From Utricularia gibba (lineage: Eukaryota; Plantae; Magnoliophyta): a stretch of 64,000 bases of DNA. Each line of letters begins with the position of its first letter. Within the stretch, counting starts at the first letter, position 1. Below, one piece after another: positions 36,068-50,131 of the stretch. Location of the stretch: contig CM007989.1 in assembly GCA_002189035.1 (NCBI GenBank), positions 2,666,001-2,730,000 on the forward strand, given 5' to 3'. The translations under genes and the position numbers were made by a program. The notes beneath the pieces were generated by a model, which saw nothing but the letters and a program-made list of their open reading frames with translations, did not search any database and had not been told where the DNA came from.

Positions 36068-38049
36068 TTACACAAGCTGAGCCTTTTTCAAGTCTGACAT
36101 GATACCTTTGTCTTCGCTCCCCCTCTCATTGTACAGAACCTTCGGATTGCATACATTTGTGTCGTGTCAGAAGTGATGCAAACTGGGAAATGGGAAGTGA
36201 AAAACTCCATGCACGTACCTTGTCAATGATCCCATATTCAACAGCTTCACTGGGGCTGAAGTATTTTGGGCGCCTGATGTCTGCTTCGATCTCCTCAGGT
36301 GACTTTCCGATGTGTTTTGCATACAGTTTGACCTATCAAAGGCTTATCAGTGTGAGAGAAGAGGACTGCAGACTGTGCTTGCGAACTGTGGTTCTGACGA
36401 CCAGGTTCACAATTTTTAAGAGCTTGTGTTAGACACATGCCCCACAGCTTTGTTGAGATTGAAGCACATAGAGAGATTAAGAGAAACTAGCATACTGGGC
36501 AATGGTCACTTTACCAACTCATCCTTGACATTACTGACTTCTTTCCGCATGAGCTCTACATCAGTTGCTTGACCTTGGAATCTAGCAATTGGCTGAAACT
36601 TTCAACTGTTAAAACAAATAAGTGGAGAAAAGCATGGATAGCCAAAATCATCGCTCTTGGGATACTACAGTACTGCTTATGATGGTTATGCACAAAATTC
36701 TTCAGATATGAACCACAGCGTTTCTTGGCGAGTATTAAGAGTACACACCTGCTTTATCATGATTGTGGATGAGGGTAGGGCAGAACGGTTTCCCTTTGCA
36801 CCGGCGGCCAGTAGCAGTGCTGCCTCACCCCATGCATTCCCCACACAGAGGGTAAAAATAGGTGGCTTCACATACCTACAATCTTTTATACATTAGAATG
36901 CTCAAAAGGAAATGTTCGTAAATCAAACTAAGAGAAATAAATTCTTCTACTAGATACAATTTATGGGAAACCTCTTCACAACAAAACAAGCTGAATAAAT
37001 GTGGGATTTAAAAGGATGTTCATTCATCTACTGCAAGTTGTATTTTGGTTTTTCACTCGCAATGTGAAATTAATACAATCCAGAACAGCAGAACCGTAAA
37101 GAAAAAGAACAAACAGATAGCGATGAATAAGTGAAGGAATTGTGACCTCATAACATCATATACAGCAAAAGCTTCTGTCTCATAGCCCAATTTCTCCCCT
37201 CCCTACAGAATGAAAAGGTTCAAAATAAAAAATGTGATCAAAGAGGTCACGATGCTTCATGTCCTTGGATAGAGAATACGCAAAAATATATTACAAATTA
37301 GCATATAATTCATTATGAAGCACACGTGTTACAAATTTTTTTTCCCAATGCTCTTCGATCAAGGCAAAAATCCAGTAAGAGTACAATTCGACATATCCAG
37401 ACCCAGTTATAAAAATAATGCATGACAAAACATACATAAACATCATTTTATAAACGCCTAAACATCCAAAAAAACTAATTGTAGAACAGGATGATTCCAC
37501 AACATAAAATTTTCAGTTGAAGATATGCAACACAGAATCTCTAACCTTTGTGGTCCCCGTGGAATTTATGTACAGATAAATAGGCTTCTTGTCATCTTCA
37601 TACTGAAGGTAAAGAAATTCTGCTAATATAAGTTCTGTAACGGATGGAACCAGCGACATTCCCAAATAGACAATGCGATTCTTGTACAAGTAGGAGGCTA
37701 AATCAGGTGGAGGTTGCTCCCAAGCACTTCCCCTAGAGAAAGGAATAACCTTACACCCAAACACACCGATGATTTGAATTAGGCAAAAATACAACACTTT
37801 TTCTCAAAAAATCAAACTAAAGAGAGGTAAGAAAAAAAGAAAAAGAAAAAACCATACCATAGTCACAACACCGCGTTTCGAAGAAGAACTAGAAAGGGAG
37901 GGATTCAGCGATGGAGTTCGGATCTTCACGCCGGAAAATTGACCGGAGACGCTGCCTCCCACGAACGGGCACATAAAAGTTGTAGAAAGAGGCGCGCGAG
38001 AGGCAATCTGATTCGGAATCGGAGCAGTTTGGAGAAAATGGGTAGCCAT
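36068..38049 (-). CDS. CLPR4: Plastid Clp protease non-catalytic subunit ClpR4, multi-exon
   Basis: Transit peptide, then KRGVVTM/VIPFSRGSAWEQPPPDLASYLYKNRIVYLGMSLVPSVTELILAEFLYLQ, KPPIFTLCVGNAWGEAALLL, and a C-terminal DLKKAQLV*. Confidence 0.95.
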
Positions 38050-38745
38050 ATCTGCTGCCACTGGGAATTGTTTCAGGACTCCGGAGACGGGCGCATGGAA
38101 GAAAAAGAGATTGAAGTATTGAATGGATAAATAATTAAATGGTAAAATAGATTTTTATTGAATGGTAAAATTAAAAATAGCCCAACCCCATCGGCAAAAA
38201 ATCCTCTGTTTTCCCTCTCATCGAAGTTCTCGTTTGCGACAACGTTTCCGACGTCCGCCGCAGGCGGTGGCTTTTATCTTCGATGTATAACACGTGTGGA
38301 GGCAGACAACTCTTGCCGGAGGTTCACACGTTCTGCCTTCTTTCTGTTTTCTTAGCCGTTTTAGTTAGTTGGTCTCTTTCCTTTGTCCCCCTGTTGCAGG
38401 ATTATCTTTTGTTGTTAGATCTTCATGAATGATGAGAATGGAATTGGATCTGCAATAGAATGAACACAGAAAATAAAATCTAGATACAGAACTTGTTACA
38501 CAACCAGCACAATTCTTGCTATCCCTCATACGATCGTTCTGTTCCATGCAAAGCCATACAGTGTGGTAACCTTTCTTGAGTTTCTATAAGAACACAGCCA
38601 TCCAGCAGCAAGCAAGAGATCACTGGGATCCGATCTCCGATGGGTGATTTCGGCAAGCAAAAACAATTTCCGTCTGCAATGATGCACAGTAAAAAGCTTT
38701 CATGTAAGTCAGGATGGGAGTGAAAGAGCACCATCTATTTCTCTT

Positions 38746-40618
38746 TCAATGGGAACAGATTCTGTTTCTCCTCATCAATTCTATGCTTTCAGCGATTGTT
38801 GACCCAGATGTTCCAATGAAGCCTAAAGAACCGCAGCTACAAACAGTCTGCTCCAAATAGAGTAGCACGTCGGGTACTGATAAGGGCGTGCACTGTTGCT
38901 CGCTCCTCTCGAAATTTCTAGAAGAAGAAGACTGAAGCTTCAAACTTTGCCTGCTACCCACAATTTTCTTAGCAGTTTCGATCACAAACTCATCATCTGC
39001 TCGCAGGAAAAAGACCTTAAAGGCCGGATCTTTGGACAAGTTTCCCAAAAAGGTTCCTGTCCAATTACCAAGCGGAAGATCAGTCATTATGAATACGTTA
39101 ATCGGGAGGGAAGTGTTCTGCTTCAACATATCAAGATCTTTCTTCATGTACTGGAAGGTAGTTGCCCAATGGTTCTTAAACTGACCATCCATCAACCTAA
39201 GTTGCAAGCAGAGAAATGGGGCACTGATGGTTCTCTGAGCGAAATCCTTCCCGGCATGGAGGATTTCCGAAGTAAATGGCAAAAACTCAACATTCTGAAT
39301 CAACTCATTTATTCTTTGATCTTCCAGAGCTGCATGAATGTCGATATGGGACTGGGAACCCCCATATGGTGCAGTAAAGAGGCTTCCAAATGATAGTACA
39401 GTTGCTGATCCAGCTGCAGAGCTTGGTCCGAGAGTTCGATAGATATCTTTTCTGTATCTCATGTATGAAAATTTCCTCTTCTTTTTCAATTCATCATTAG
39501 CTTGAAACGCATCCAGAACCCCATCACCGCTTGTTTGATACGTCCATACTGTTGTTCTGCAATCATCCTGCGAAGCAAACAGACAATTGTCCGCTACCCC
39601 ATCATATCCAGAGAGGAATGATCCACATTCTTTCAGCCGGTTGAGAAAGACAGGGCTCTTGTCCGAAGTAGAATGACAAACTGTGTTCAAATTCAGTCCA
39701 CAGAACATCGACACAAAGACCCTGAAGTCGATGAACCTGATGGCCGAAGAAGAAACTAGAGGTGAAAGATCCATTACATCGGCCATTGAAACATACCTGA
39801 AACCATCAAAAACCTGTCAGCGGGATAAAGTGCATCTTCCAATTCTTATCAGAAACTTAGGAAGAAGCAATCCCATCACATTAGATTCACCAAGATCGAG
39901 TCTTTTCCAGTAAATAAATATTCATCTGTGGAGAAACTCTGTTCTAAAGAGTTCATTCACATTTTGTTGAGAAAGCCGATCTAAACCAGGTATAACCATG
40001 CCAAGAAACCGCCTGATAAAGTCATTCAGCTAATGTACTTCTTAAGTAGTACAGTAGGAGGGAATATGATTGATATCTGATCACAGAAACTCACAAATAA
40101 TAGTAAATCATTATATAATTCTACAAATAATAGTAAATCATTATATAATTCTACAATATAATGTACCTCCCCTCTCGAAGAAGCTCAATGCTGTGGTTCC
40201 AAACTTTGAATCGCAGATCATTCGGATCCAAAACCCTGAATTTGGGACAGCTTCCGAGTGCAACGACATGGTGAACGAGAATGGGTGGCACAATCAACGT
40301 CCGATTAAGGATACCCGCAATCACAACGGCGTTCTTAAACTCGGATAGCTGGTTTCCAAACCCGCTGTGAGGAGCATACCACATGAACTTTTCCCCAAAA
40401 TCCTGTGCACAAAACCCCTGACCAGGGTGCGAATTCTGGATGATCGAAGGGCGAGCCGACGAATCCGAATCCAAGATCTTGCAGGATATAAAGAATATGA
40501 GGAAAACGAAAACAGCAAGGAGGCATGGCAATCTGTAATTAGTCTGAATCAGGGGCCTTCTCGACTTCACGACCCTCTGGGTGTAGGGCGCTTTGTAAGA
40601 ATCGGAATCCATCATCAT
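38746..40618 (-). CDS. O-fucosyltransferase family protein (OFUT30-like), 500 aa. Exons 40618-40167 and 39796-38746
   Basis: Type II TM segment, WYAPHSGFGNQLSEFKNA, PFLCLQLRLMDGQFKNHW, FIGTSGSTIAESI. Confidence 0.85.
40093..40156. repeat. 30-bp perfect tandem duplication in the OFUT intron
   Basis: acaaataatagtaaatcattatataattct x2 plus acaa. Confidence 0.9.
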
Positions 40619-41093
40619 TTGCAGAGTTTCAGTTTACGGGAAGCACACACTGAATGTTACCCCCATTCCCCTCCCTTCTCTAGCCAACGAGAGCCCGCCG
40701 GAGAAAGCAGAAATCCCCGCCTTGCTCCGATCCGCTGCAATGAAACATTTGAAAAAAATAAGAACAAAATCATTTAATTTAATTTAAAATCAAGAAATTA
40801 AAAAAAAAAAGTGACTTTATGCCAGGTTTTCATATTACACCTTTTTAAAAAATTGGAATTTATTTTTCCTAAATAAAATATTAATATATATAAGCCATGC
40901 AGACAGGGGACTAGGGTTCACGTTCTTACAAGCATATGCACAACAGGCAAGATATGAATAGCACTTGACACATATGAAGAAGCTGGCTACTTCACCAAAG
41001 GCTCATACCACAACTTCCCTTCCAAATACCTTACAACTAAAATCATGACTAACCACACAGCTGCTCTAACTGCCGCTGCTTCTCACCTCTCTA

Positions 41094-43078
41094 TCAACTC
41101 CTTCTGGACAGGATGAACTGGGCTGTGACTTGAAGGCCCCCAGAGCTGGGATTATTGGGATGGAATGCCGACGGCCTCGTCGATCCCGAACCGTGCCGGA
41201 GTCCCAGCGACAGGGACGACGGACCATCGTCGCCGAGGGATTCGCCTATGCTCAGTTTCGACATGCCGACAAGCTCGTCCACGTTGATTGGGGCCTTGGA
41301 ATGAATGGGTGTTGGTTTCAATACCTCATGAGGTTCCTCTTTACTGGGCTCAGGTTCAGGTTCTGCAGCAGGGAATCCTGGCCAGAATGGGATGGTCATC
41401 GGGAATATTGGAGCGACGTAGGCGGGGTAGACGACCGGGATAGGGTATTGGGAGCTGTCGGGTTGCTGGGGAAACACTGCTGGCTCTCCTTCGTTGGAGT
41501 TTGCCGACTCCATGGATTCACATTCTTCCTCCATGGCTACTGGTTGGGGAGGGACGCTGTTTTGAGCTTCTTCCTGAGGAGGATTCACAGGGAATAGGTC
41601 TTTCGACATGGCAGCTGGAGTGTCACCTGACTACGCAGACATGGAAAGAGAGCACCGGCAGAATTAGCCGAGCTGAAGCTTGCATTTGAAAAAAAAAAAA
41701 GGATCTTCGAGAAAGGAATCATAAGGTGCTTACTTCATTCACCACAATGTCGAAGAGGCTTGAACGCCGTTTCCTCCGGGATACATTACTCTGCCTTATG
41801 AAATACTTCTGGGCATGGCTTGCAACCTGAGTGGGTGTCCTGGAAACTACATAGTTGCGAGCAATGCCACGCCAGTCGCCTTTTCCAAGCTTTTGCAAGC
41901 CAAGCAGAAACATCCGATGTTCCTCTTCTGTCCATGGAACCCCTGCAGAGAGGGCAAGCCTGCTGAATACTAACAACTCAGAGAAAAAGAGGTTCGGGAT
42001 CACCATTTAACATGATGCACACATATGCTGTCACTGTAATCAGCACACCATCTGGAAATTCAACTGCGGTAGTGACTTTTCAGATTGTCAAAACCCAGAT
42101 TAGTAAAGCGCGATCCACATAAGCGCCTCTGAAAACGATACTTCTAAAAGACGGGAAGTAACTCAACAAAAAAAATGTTATATACATTTGAAAACCAAAA
42201 ACAGGTAAAAACCTATACATGAAAAACACAGTTCTTTGTGCCCCAAGAGCTTTGATTCTCACCTAACCACAGGCTTCAACACTCATTTCTTGTGTATCAT
42301 CAGTCCATTAGAGTAAGATGGATAGAAACACCCAAAATGGGATGAAATGTGCGAGGTGTAGGCACAATAAAAGGGTTCTACATTGCAAAAACTGAAATCC
42401 AGAATTCGTCTCATGTCCTATTGATTCTCAAAATTTTGTTACCAAATCCAATTGATCATTGCTATGAGAACAAGCTCGAGATACCACTAGAAGAAACGTG
42501 AACCGTACGTAGGAAAACTAAAACCTTAAAGGAAACCTGTTTATATATTTTATGGATGGATTACAAAGAAAAACGAGGGGATTGACATCCAATTTCAGGA
42601 ACTGTTCCTTCGAAGACAGTCTGATGATTGATTAAACAGTAATCTCTTCCTTAAGCTCGCATTTCATGTACATGATCCAATTTATCCAAAATCCACAAAC
42701 AGCCCCTCATCCTTACGACCTAAAAACACCATAAAAAGAAAGGGAATGATAAATAAAAAGAAAGACAACCTTTCTTTCTCTCGCGGCTGGAGGAAGAGCC
42801 GGCGACAAAATCCTCAGACGCATACCCATCAGCTGCACCGGATCCAGCAGACGGGTGGTCAGGAGTTTCTCCAGGGGAATCATGAACAACCCCGTTTTGA
42901 TTAACAGCGTTTCCAGCAACACCGGCGCCGCCCCGGCGTAATGGGTCAAATTGCCCATACTAGCACTCTTTCGTATAAACCCATCCGTCAATCGGACCCC
43001 AAAAAGCTTTACCCCACGATTAGGACAAGTTCTCGAGTTATGGCCGTTGTGGCTGCAATGCGAGCACCTCCTCGTCAT
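41094..43078 (-). CDS. CCHC-knuckle SHAQKYF MYB-related repressor (MYBS3/KUA1/MYBH type), 3 exons; apparent 1-nt deletion in the C-run at 42931-42934
   Basis: [31 protein letters not shown]. The shifted frame gives DSPGETPDH...DGYASEDF...[14 protein letters not shown]...SHAQKYF, plus an LSLGL EAR-like motif. Confidence 0.92.
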
Positions 43079-44026
43079 TTGGGCGACAAGAGATTGAAGA
43101 AAAGGATAAAAGTGGAGATGGGTCGGTACTGCATCGACGTGAAAAGCAATCAGAAAGAGCGTGGAATCCGATTCAAATGGGTTGGAGGCGTTGTCCGGAA
43201 ATTAGACAGATAAGAGAATGATACGGAGATGGGCACTAGCAGGAACACACAAGACAAGACACGGCGATAAGATATGGGTAAGGTTTTGGGGGCCGAGGTT
43301 CCGTAACTGGGAAAGAAATAAATGTATTCGTCTTTGTCCTTGTTTTCATTAAGGAATTATTACCAAAGCTCCATCCTTTTTGTATTAAATCATTCTAAGC
43401 TGACATTTTGCATTATCATACCTCATTTGGATATTACTTTTCCAAAAATATTCCTTATCCCAAGTCTCCTTTTTAAAAAGAAATCAACTTTTCTCATTGA
43501 TAATCTGAAAAGTTTAGATTTTTAGAATCAAAATTCATCCTCAACAAGCTTTCTCATTCATATTTCAACCCAGATCCCTAGCTCCCTGAGAGTGAAGCAC
43601 TCTGAACCAGGGAGGAAGCAAATGCTCCGTGAAGAAGAATCTGATTCAGTCTTTCAGACAAAGAGGAAGACAGACGCTTCCAAAATAAAAATAAATAAAA
43701 AAACAAGATTAATTTTATTGTTAAATAATATTTCTGTAACACACATGAATTAAAATAATTAGTATTATTTTATTCCGATTTTCCCGAATACTCCGATTTA
43801 ATTCTCAGGACACAATGCGGATGTTTTTTTAAAATTAAATTCCCAAAATTATCTGGAAATTATTGTGGCGGCTGCAGTCAAACAACTCAACAAACCTCAA
43901 CATCGGCAAACACAACAGCGGTTAAACCTTAATTTTACTACTGGGGACACCGATGCAAAACCCTAGAGCCCCAATTTGCTGGTTTCGAATTTAATTTTTA
44001 CAGTTTGATTTTCTTCTCCGGCGGAA

Positions 44027-47000
44027 ATGGTCAGCCGCCTGGTCGGCGAATCTACTTCCGCTCTGACTCAGGTACGACGCTTCTTTAATTTTGTTCTCCA
44101 CTGATGTTTCTTCTTGTTACTCTTTATTTCGTTAAAGCTACTGCATTTTTTCTTACAAGGCGTTGCTACATTTGGCGTCGATTGATCCAATAGACCTATG
44201 CCATGAAGCTAAAGTGGAGACATGTAAAGCGACGAGAGATTTGAGGCGATGCAGCAGTTCTGTGCAAAGAGTTCTTGTTTCTTGTGACCATGCTGCGTTA
44301 TGCGATGAATGTATTCGAAGGTGTGAGCTTTGCCCCATTTGTAGAACTCCCTTGCCTAACCAGAGAGATGAACTGCCTCTGAGACTTTATGATGAGTGCC
44401 TTGAAGCGGGGCTTATTCCCGTGTCGCACATTGGTAAATTGGAGAATAGAGAAACTGGTGATAATCAGCAGATTGCAGATGTTCAGAGGCTTTACTCTCT
44501 GTTTGATGCTGCATTGGAGAATAACCTTGTTTCTCTCATTTGTCACTGTATCCTTAAATCAGTTTGAGATTTGTTTTACGTTAAGGAAGTCATCCTGCAT
44601 GTTTGATGTGGAGATCTTTATCTTCATATGAGCGCATTGGCATTTCTTTAATCCGTTCTATTTTGGGTAGGGATGTTCTTAATCTTAAATGTCATGCTTG
44701 CCCATTTACTCACGAGGGACTTTGAATTTTGGTTTTTTACCACAGAAGAGTCTATTTTCAGCAAGAATATGTTCAACATCTGGATGCAAGAACTATTCCC
44801 ATCATCCATCAGTTCATAGAACATCAAATTGCTAATTCTGTGTGGAAACTTCCTGTTCAATTTATATCCTTAATAGAACTGCACAGATGTGACCGATGTC
44901 TGTATGAACGAGGGAGCTGTCTCAAGCGATCCGGTCATTGCATTCTTGCTTGACGAGAAGGTTGTCATTGATTGGTGTAGGTGGACATTCAAGAGCCTAT
45001 TGAAGGATTTGAAGGTGAAATGTATCCTAAATTCAGCGGCCTTTGGCATTTAGTGATTTTCTCACAGAATGTGCTGCAGGGTTTTCTAACCTTAACATCT
45101 GCTATAGATAACCTTACTGTTAATGAGATAGAAGGCGAATCAAATTTATTTCTTAGAATACTGTCAAAGCTGGCTGGTTTGTCCAATGTTCTTGAAGTGT
45201 TGGAATCGTCATTCAGAGGTTCTGTTCCAGAATTGCTACAGGATCTGTGTCATCTCCATGACAGCATATTAAAGACAAAACAGGTCCAGACAGTAACAGT
45301 TATTGTCATGCTTTTAGTATTAAGATTTTTGGCTGTTTTCTGCATTTAACCCTTAGCAACCAGGATCTTATAAAACATATTAGATTTACAGCCCCACATG
45401 AAAACTGTTTACGCTGCAAAGCTTTTTATATCATCCGGCATATTTGGTTCTGAGTCTTTGGAAGCATTTTTACGAAATCATTCTATTTTTGCATGAAAAC
45501 AATCCATTATTTCCATTTTTTCACAGCAATTTTCATAGCATAAATTTCACTGACCACATGTGTCTCGCCCAAGGCATCCTGATATGCAATGATTACAATT
45601 CATTTTTTTGATCAGCACTTGGAGATTATGTTATGGTGCATTACGCATCAGTTTTTCAAAAATTTGAGTTCGAGGCATCCTGATTTGGCATCCTGGAAAG
45701 TATCATTCGCTGAAAGGAAATCTGCAGCAAATAAGCGAGCTTGGCCTGATTCAATGAGCCAGATTTTGAAATCAGATGAACAGTGTACATCAAGTCTTTT
45801 TATTGAAGACGCACTTAAAAATCTTGATTCTGCTCAAACATATGCTGACAAGGATGAAGAAACGTGTTCACTTATGAAAGATGAGCACAGTTCATACAAA
45901 TTTCATGGAATGAGTTTCTCATATCCCTTTGAGAATATTCGTGCTGCTGTTGACTTACTTTTTCTCCAAGGAAGTTCTGATCTGGTGGTTGCGAAGCAGG
46001 CTATTGTATCCTACAAATATGTGATAAAGTTTTGCAGTAGTTTTGTTCGTTTTTCCTTTGTGGATTTCCTTAACCTATATTGTAGTTTTTGTACTATATT
46101 TTTGATTGCTACTGGACAGTACCATCTGAAGATTTGAGACATATTGTTAAAAACATTGATGTTGCCTTCAAAATTAGCAGACTCTCTATTTTGGAATCGT
46201 ACATCTTTTTCCTCCTCGATGATTCCAGTGATCTAGCACTAAAGGTAATATGGTGGTGTGAAGAATTAATCAGAACTTCTAGCAGTTATCGTTATTATTT
46301 AATATATGAGCTCTCTTTTTGTTCATTTTGCTTATCTCGCCACACAGTTGTGCCCACTAACTGTTACCAATATCTTCTAATGTTAGGAAGCCGTTCGTCT
46401 ACTTCCAGAAATAGCAAGCCCTGATATTCATCCTAAAATTATTAGGGTACTTTTAGAGAGGCAGAATCCTGATGCAGCACTAATGGCTTTGCGCTGCTCA
46501 GGACTGCATTGGGGAGGGGCTGCTGCTTCTCCTGAGGATGCCATCACTGCTGTTCGTACCTGGGTGGAATGTGGACTTTTGACAGAAGCTTTTATGTATC
46601 AAAGAAAGATATGTGAAAAAGTTAAGGATAAGAATCCGAATCCGCATGATAAACCAAGGGACGATTCTGACAATTGGTTAACGTGGTTGGAGGCACTGGT
46701 TACTGAGACATGTTGTCTTTGTATTCGGAGAAACTTGATAGATCGAATGATTGAGTTGCCCTGGAACTCGGATGAGGAGAAATATCTCCATAAGGCATTA
46801 CTTGAATATGCAGCAGTTGATCCATCCTCCAATGCTGGAAGCCTTCTTGTGGTTTTCTATCTGCAGGTATTTAAGAATTCTCTTTTTTGGTTTTCTACAA
46901 TTACTTGCTGATTTTATGTTTTCTTATGCATACTTCAGCTGGTCCTTTCTCGTGTTGTTCGCATTGAATTTTCCACATCGCCATGTATATTAATAGCAAT

Positions 47001-47583
47001 CATGAGACAAAGTTTGGCGACCTGAGAACTATTAACGAACTCTTGTTTGTCTATGGCGATGTGTGTCTGTGGATGTTTTACCCTCTCTTTCTGTTGTGTC
47101 ATATAACTGGGGCTTTCAATATGACAGCGTTACCGCTACAAGGAAGCATATGAAGTGGATAGCAAGCTTCAGGCTCTGGAGGCGAAATTGCTGTCAGAAA
47201 GCCGTGATGAAGCCCTTGCTTGTAAAGTCAGATCAATCAGTAACTGGAGGAAGACACTTGTTGTAAGTTGTCTTAAAGAAACCACGTGTATTACTGCTAT
47301 TATCCACTAAAGAAACTTACAATTATCTATTCCCAAAGCCTGGTTAACACATTCCTAAATTTTCTGTCATCGGTTGTAGGACCAAAGTGTACATTTGCTC
47401 CCAGATGTTGCTCAGCAGAAACTGAAGAATGATGGTGGTATTTCAACTGTCATTCAAAGTGAACAACATCCTTGGGCGAAACCTGATATCCAACCAGTAC
47501 AAGAGCCGCTTATGGGCAGTGCTCGGTTTAAAGACCCAAGAGTGCAATTGTACAGCAATGGCTTTTTGCATCCACGCCCTTGA
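44027..47583 (+). CDS. HOS1: HOS1 E3 ubiquitin ligase / ELYS-like nucleoporin, multi-exon, short C-terminus
   Basis: HLASIDPIDLCHEAKVETCKATRDL, variant RING CDHAALCDECIRRCELCPICR, SSDPVIAFLLDE, YPFENIRAAVDLLFLQG, LPWNSDEEKYLHK. Telo-box at 43958. Confidence 0.92.
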
Positions 47584-47975
47584 TCCAATGTAGGCAAGAG
47601 TTAGTTCATCCGAAGAGGAGGAGGAGGAATCATCCAGGTTTTTTGAATAGGCAAGAATCTATCCAAGTTGACAGAGAGATCACTTCTTCGCAGGCTCTAC
47701 AAAAATGGATTCTTCTCTTTTTTTGTATGTGATTTGAAGAAGTCGTATTGGAAACTTACTTTATAAAGAGAATATGGCTTGTTGTGTGACGTTTTCGAAA
47801 GTATGGTTTGAATATATTTTTAAAATTAATAATTTTAAAGGAAATTGTGGAAACCGTTTTAAGTGGGATGAATCGCCGCTCCTATTCCTAAGTAGAAACT
47901 ACTTGACAAGGAAGACAACTCCTGACGACTTGGCGGGGATTTCATTTGGTACGGCGAGCGTCTCGAAGATCGAAA

Positions 47976-50131
47976 ATGGCGGACGATTCCTCTGGAAAGC
48001 GATGGCTTCCTCTAGAAGCAAATCCTGATATCATGAACCAGGTTTCTTAGATTCTCGTGACTTCTCTTTTAGATGACGATTACATCGCGCGCATTTGGAA
48101 CTATTATCACGTTTTTTTCTTTTTATTTTCTGCGTAACGATGATTGTCGTTGCAACAGTTTCTTAAGCAACTCGGTTTACACGAGGTGGATTGCTTTGAT
48201 GTTTATGGACTCGATGAGGAGTTATTGGCGATGGTTCCGCAACCGGTGCTCGCGGTTTTGTTACTCTATCCTCTAACGGAAAAGGTAAATTGAGATAGTT
48301 CTGTTCTGGATTTTGCGACGATTCTTGATCCAGGGAGTACACAGAATCACAACTGCCTTATTTGTTTGCGTAGATTTTATTTATCGCTTCTCAAAATATG
48401 TAGATTGTTGTAATCTGTTGTGCAGAGTGAAGAGGACCGCATTCGGCAAGATAGTGAGATAGAGGTTTGCTTAAACTGCATTGTTAAGTTATGGCATGGT
48501 TTCGGATTTACGATTTTCTAGTTTTTTATTCCTTTTGAAAATGATTACCACTGTTTGATGGATCATACAGAAGCCTACAAATGAAGTTTACTTCATGAAG
48601 CAGACGGTTGGAAATGCTTGTGGAACAATTGCACTTCTTCATGCTGTTGGAAATATCACTTCCAAGATAAAACTCGGTAACTTTGGGGTGCATACGCATT
48701 CTTGCTAGATTAACCGCAATGAGTATGCTATTCTTTTTAGTCCATGGTGTTCAATTTTGACTTTGATCTCACCTTTTTTGTCAAGAAAATAACACTTTAG
48801 CATCTATCTGCTGTCCCTCAGACTTGGGTTGAGTTATCTAACTGTTTTTTCTGTAAGGATGTAATAGTCAAAAGTGAGTTAACTATTCATTAGTTCAGCA
48901 GATATTCAAATTCGTTGACTGGAATGCCACATTAGGATATTCCATTGTCTGGCCACGATCATTTGTATCTTACTTTCTTTGATGAGAAGACATCACTTAT
49001 ATTCACCGAAGTTTATCCTACCATCACCTTATTAGTGTATTACCGAGGTCCCATCTCACTGTTGCCATTTATTTCCGCATTTCTACTCGTGTATTTTGCA
49101 GATGAGGGATCTTACCTGGACAATTTCTTCAAGGTCACTGCAAATATGGATCCATCAGAGGTCTTGTGTTATTGCTTCAATCTCTTATATAATCAATCAG
49201 TCTTCAGTAAACACATTGATTTAATGCTGTTTTTATGTAACTATGTTTCAGCGTGCTAAATATCTAGAAAATGATGAAGAAATGGAAGATGTTCATTCAA
49301 TTGCTGCTGCTGCTGGAGAGACGGAGGTTAGTTGGAAAAACTAGTGATGTGGCTTCTGAACTGGCCGTTGTTACAAATATGCAAGTTTCCTTGCCTGCTT
49401 CTTTGTGGTCTTTTCTGATAAAACTTCATGCCTTTTTGTGCTTCTGATTCAAGTACTATGGCTCTTTAGTCAACTCGATATTCAGTGCTCATCTTTGGCA
49501 GGCATCAGAAAATGTGAACTCCCATTTCGTCTGCTTTACTTGCGTAAATGGTAAGTCTCTCTATAATATTGGATTATACCTCGAAAGTAATTTCACATCT
49601 TTGAGCGATACAATTTAATCTATTGTGGCGAATTTAGTACGACACTGAACTCTTGGGGTGTTCCTCTTTGTAGACTGTACTTGAGTTATCTTCTTACCCA
49701 CGTGAATTGGCCGCAACTCATTCCCTGTTAAACCTCAGCCCATGAATTAGCTTTCTCCCCCTCCCTCTGGCCTGCGTAAAACCGCTGTAACGCACTTTAA
49801 TGCACATATTATGCACTCCAGGAGGACTTTACGAGCTTGATGGTAGGAGGGCCGGACCCATATCACACGGTGCCTCTTCACCTGCCACTCTACTACAGGT
49901 GAATCTTTCTCAACAAAATTCGTGTAATTTGTTTTTTGGCATTTATCTTGACTGTGAAGATGTGTCGAAAGTTACTGTGGAGTAATCGCGCCACACTTAA
50001 TGCTTAATCCTTGGCATAATGTTTCATTGACCATGTGCCAGGATGCTGCCAAAGTAATTCAGGGAATGATCGCCAAAAACCCAGCCTCCATCAATTTCAA
50101 CGTGATCGCTCTTTGCGGAACATCCGTCTGA
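47976..50131 (+). CDS. UCH3: Ubiquitin C-terminal hydrolase (peptidase C12, UCH3-like), multi-exon
   Basis: [35 protein letters not shown] (catalytic Cys), [27 protein letters not shown]. Confidence 0.93.
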
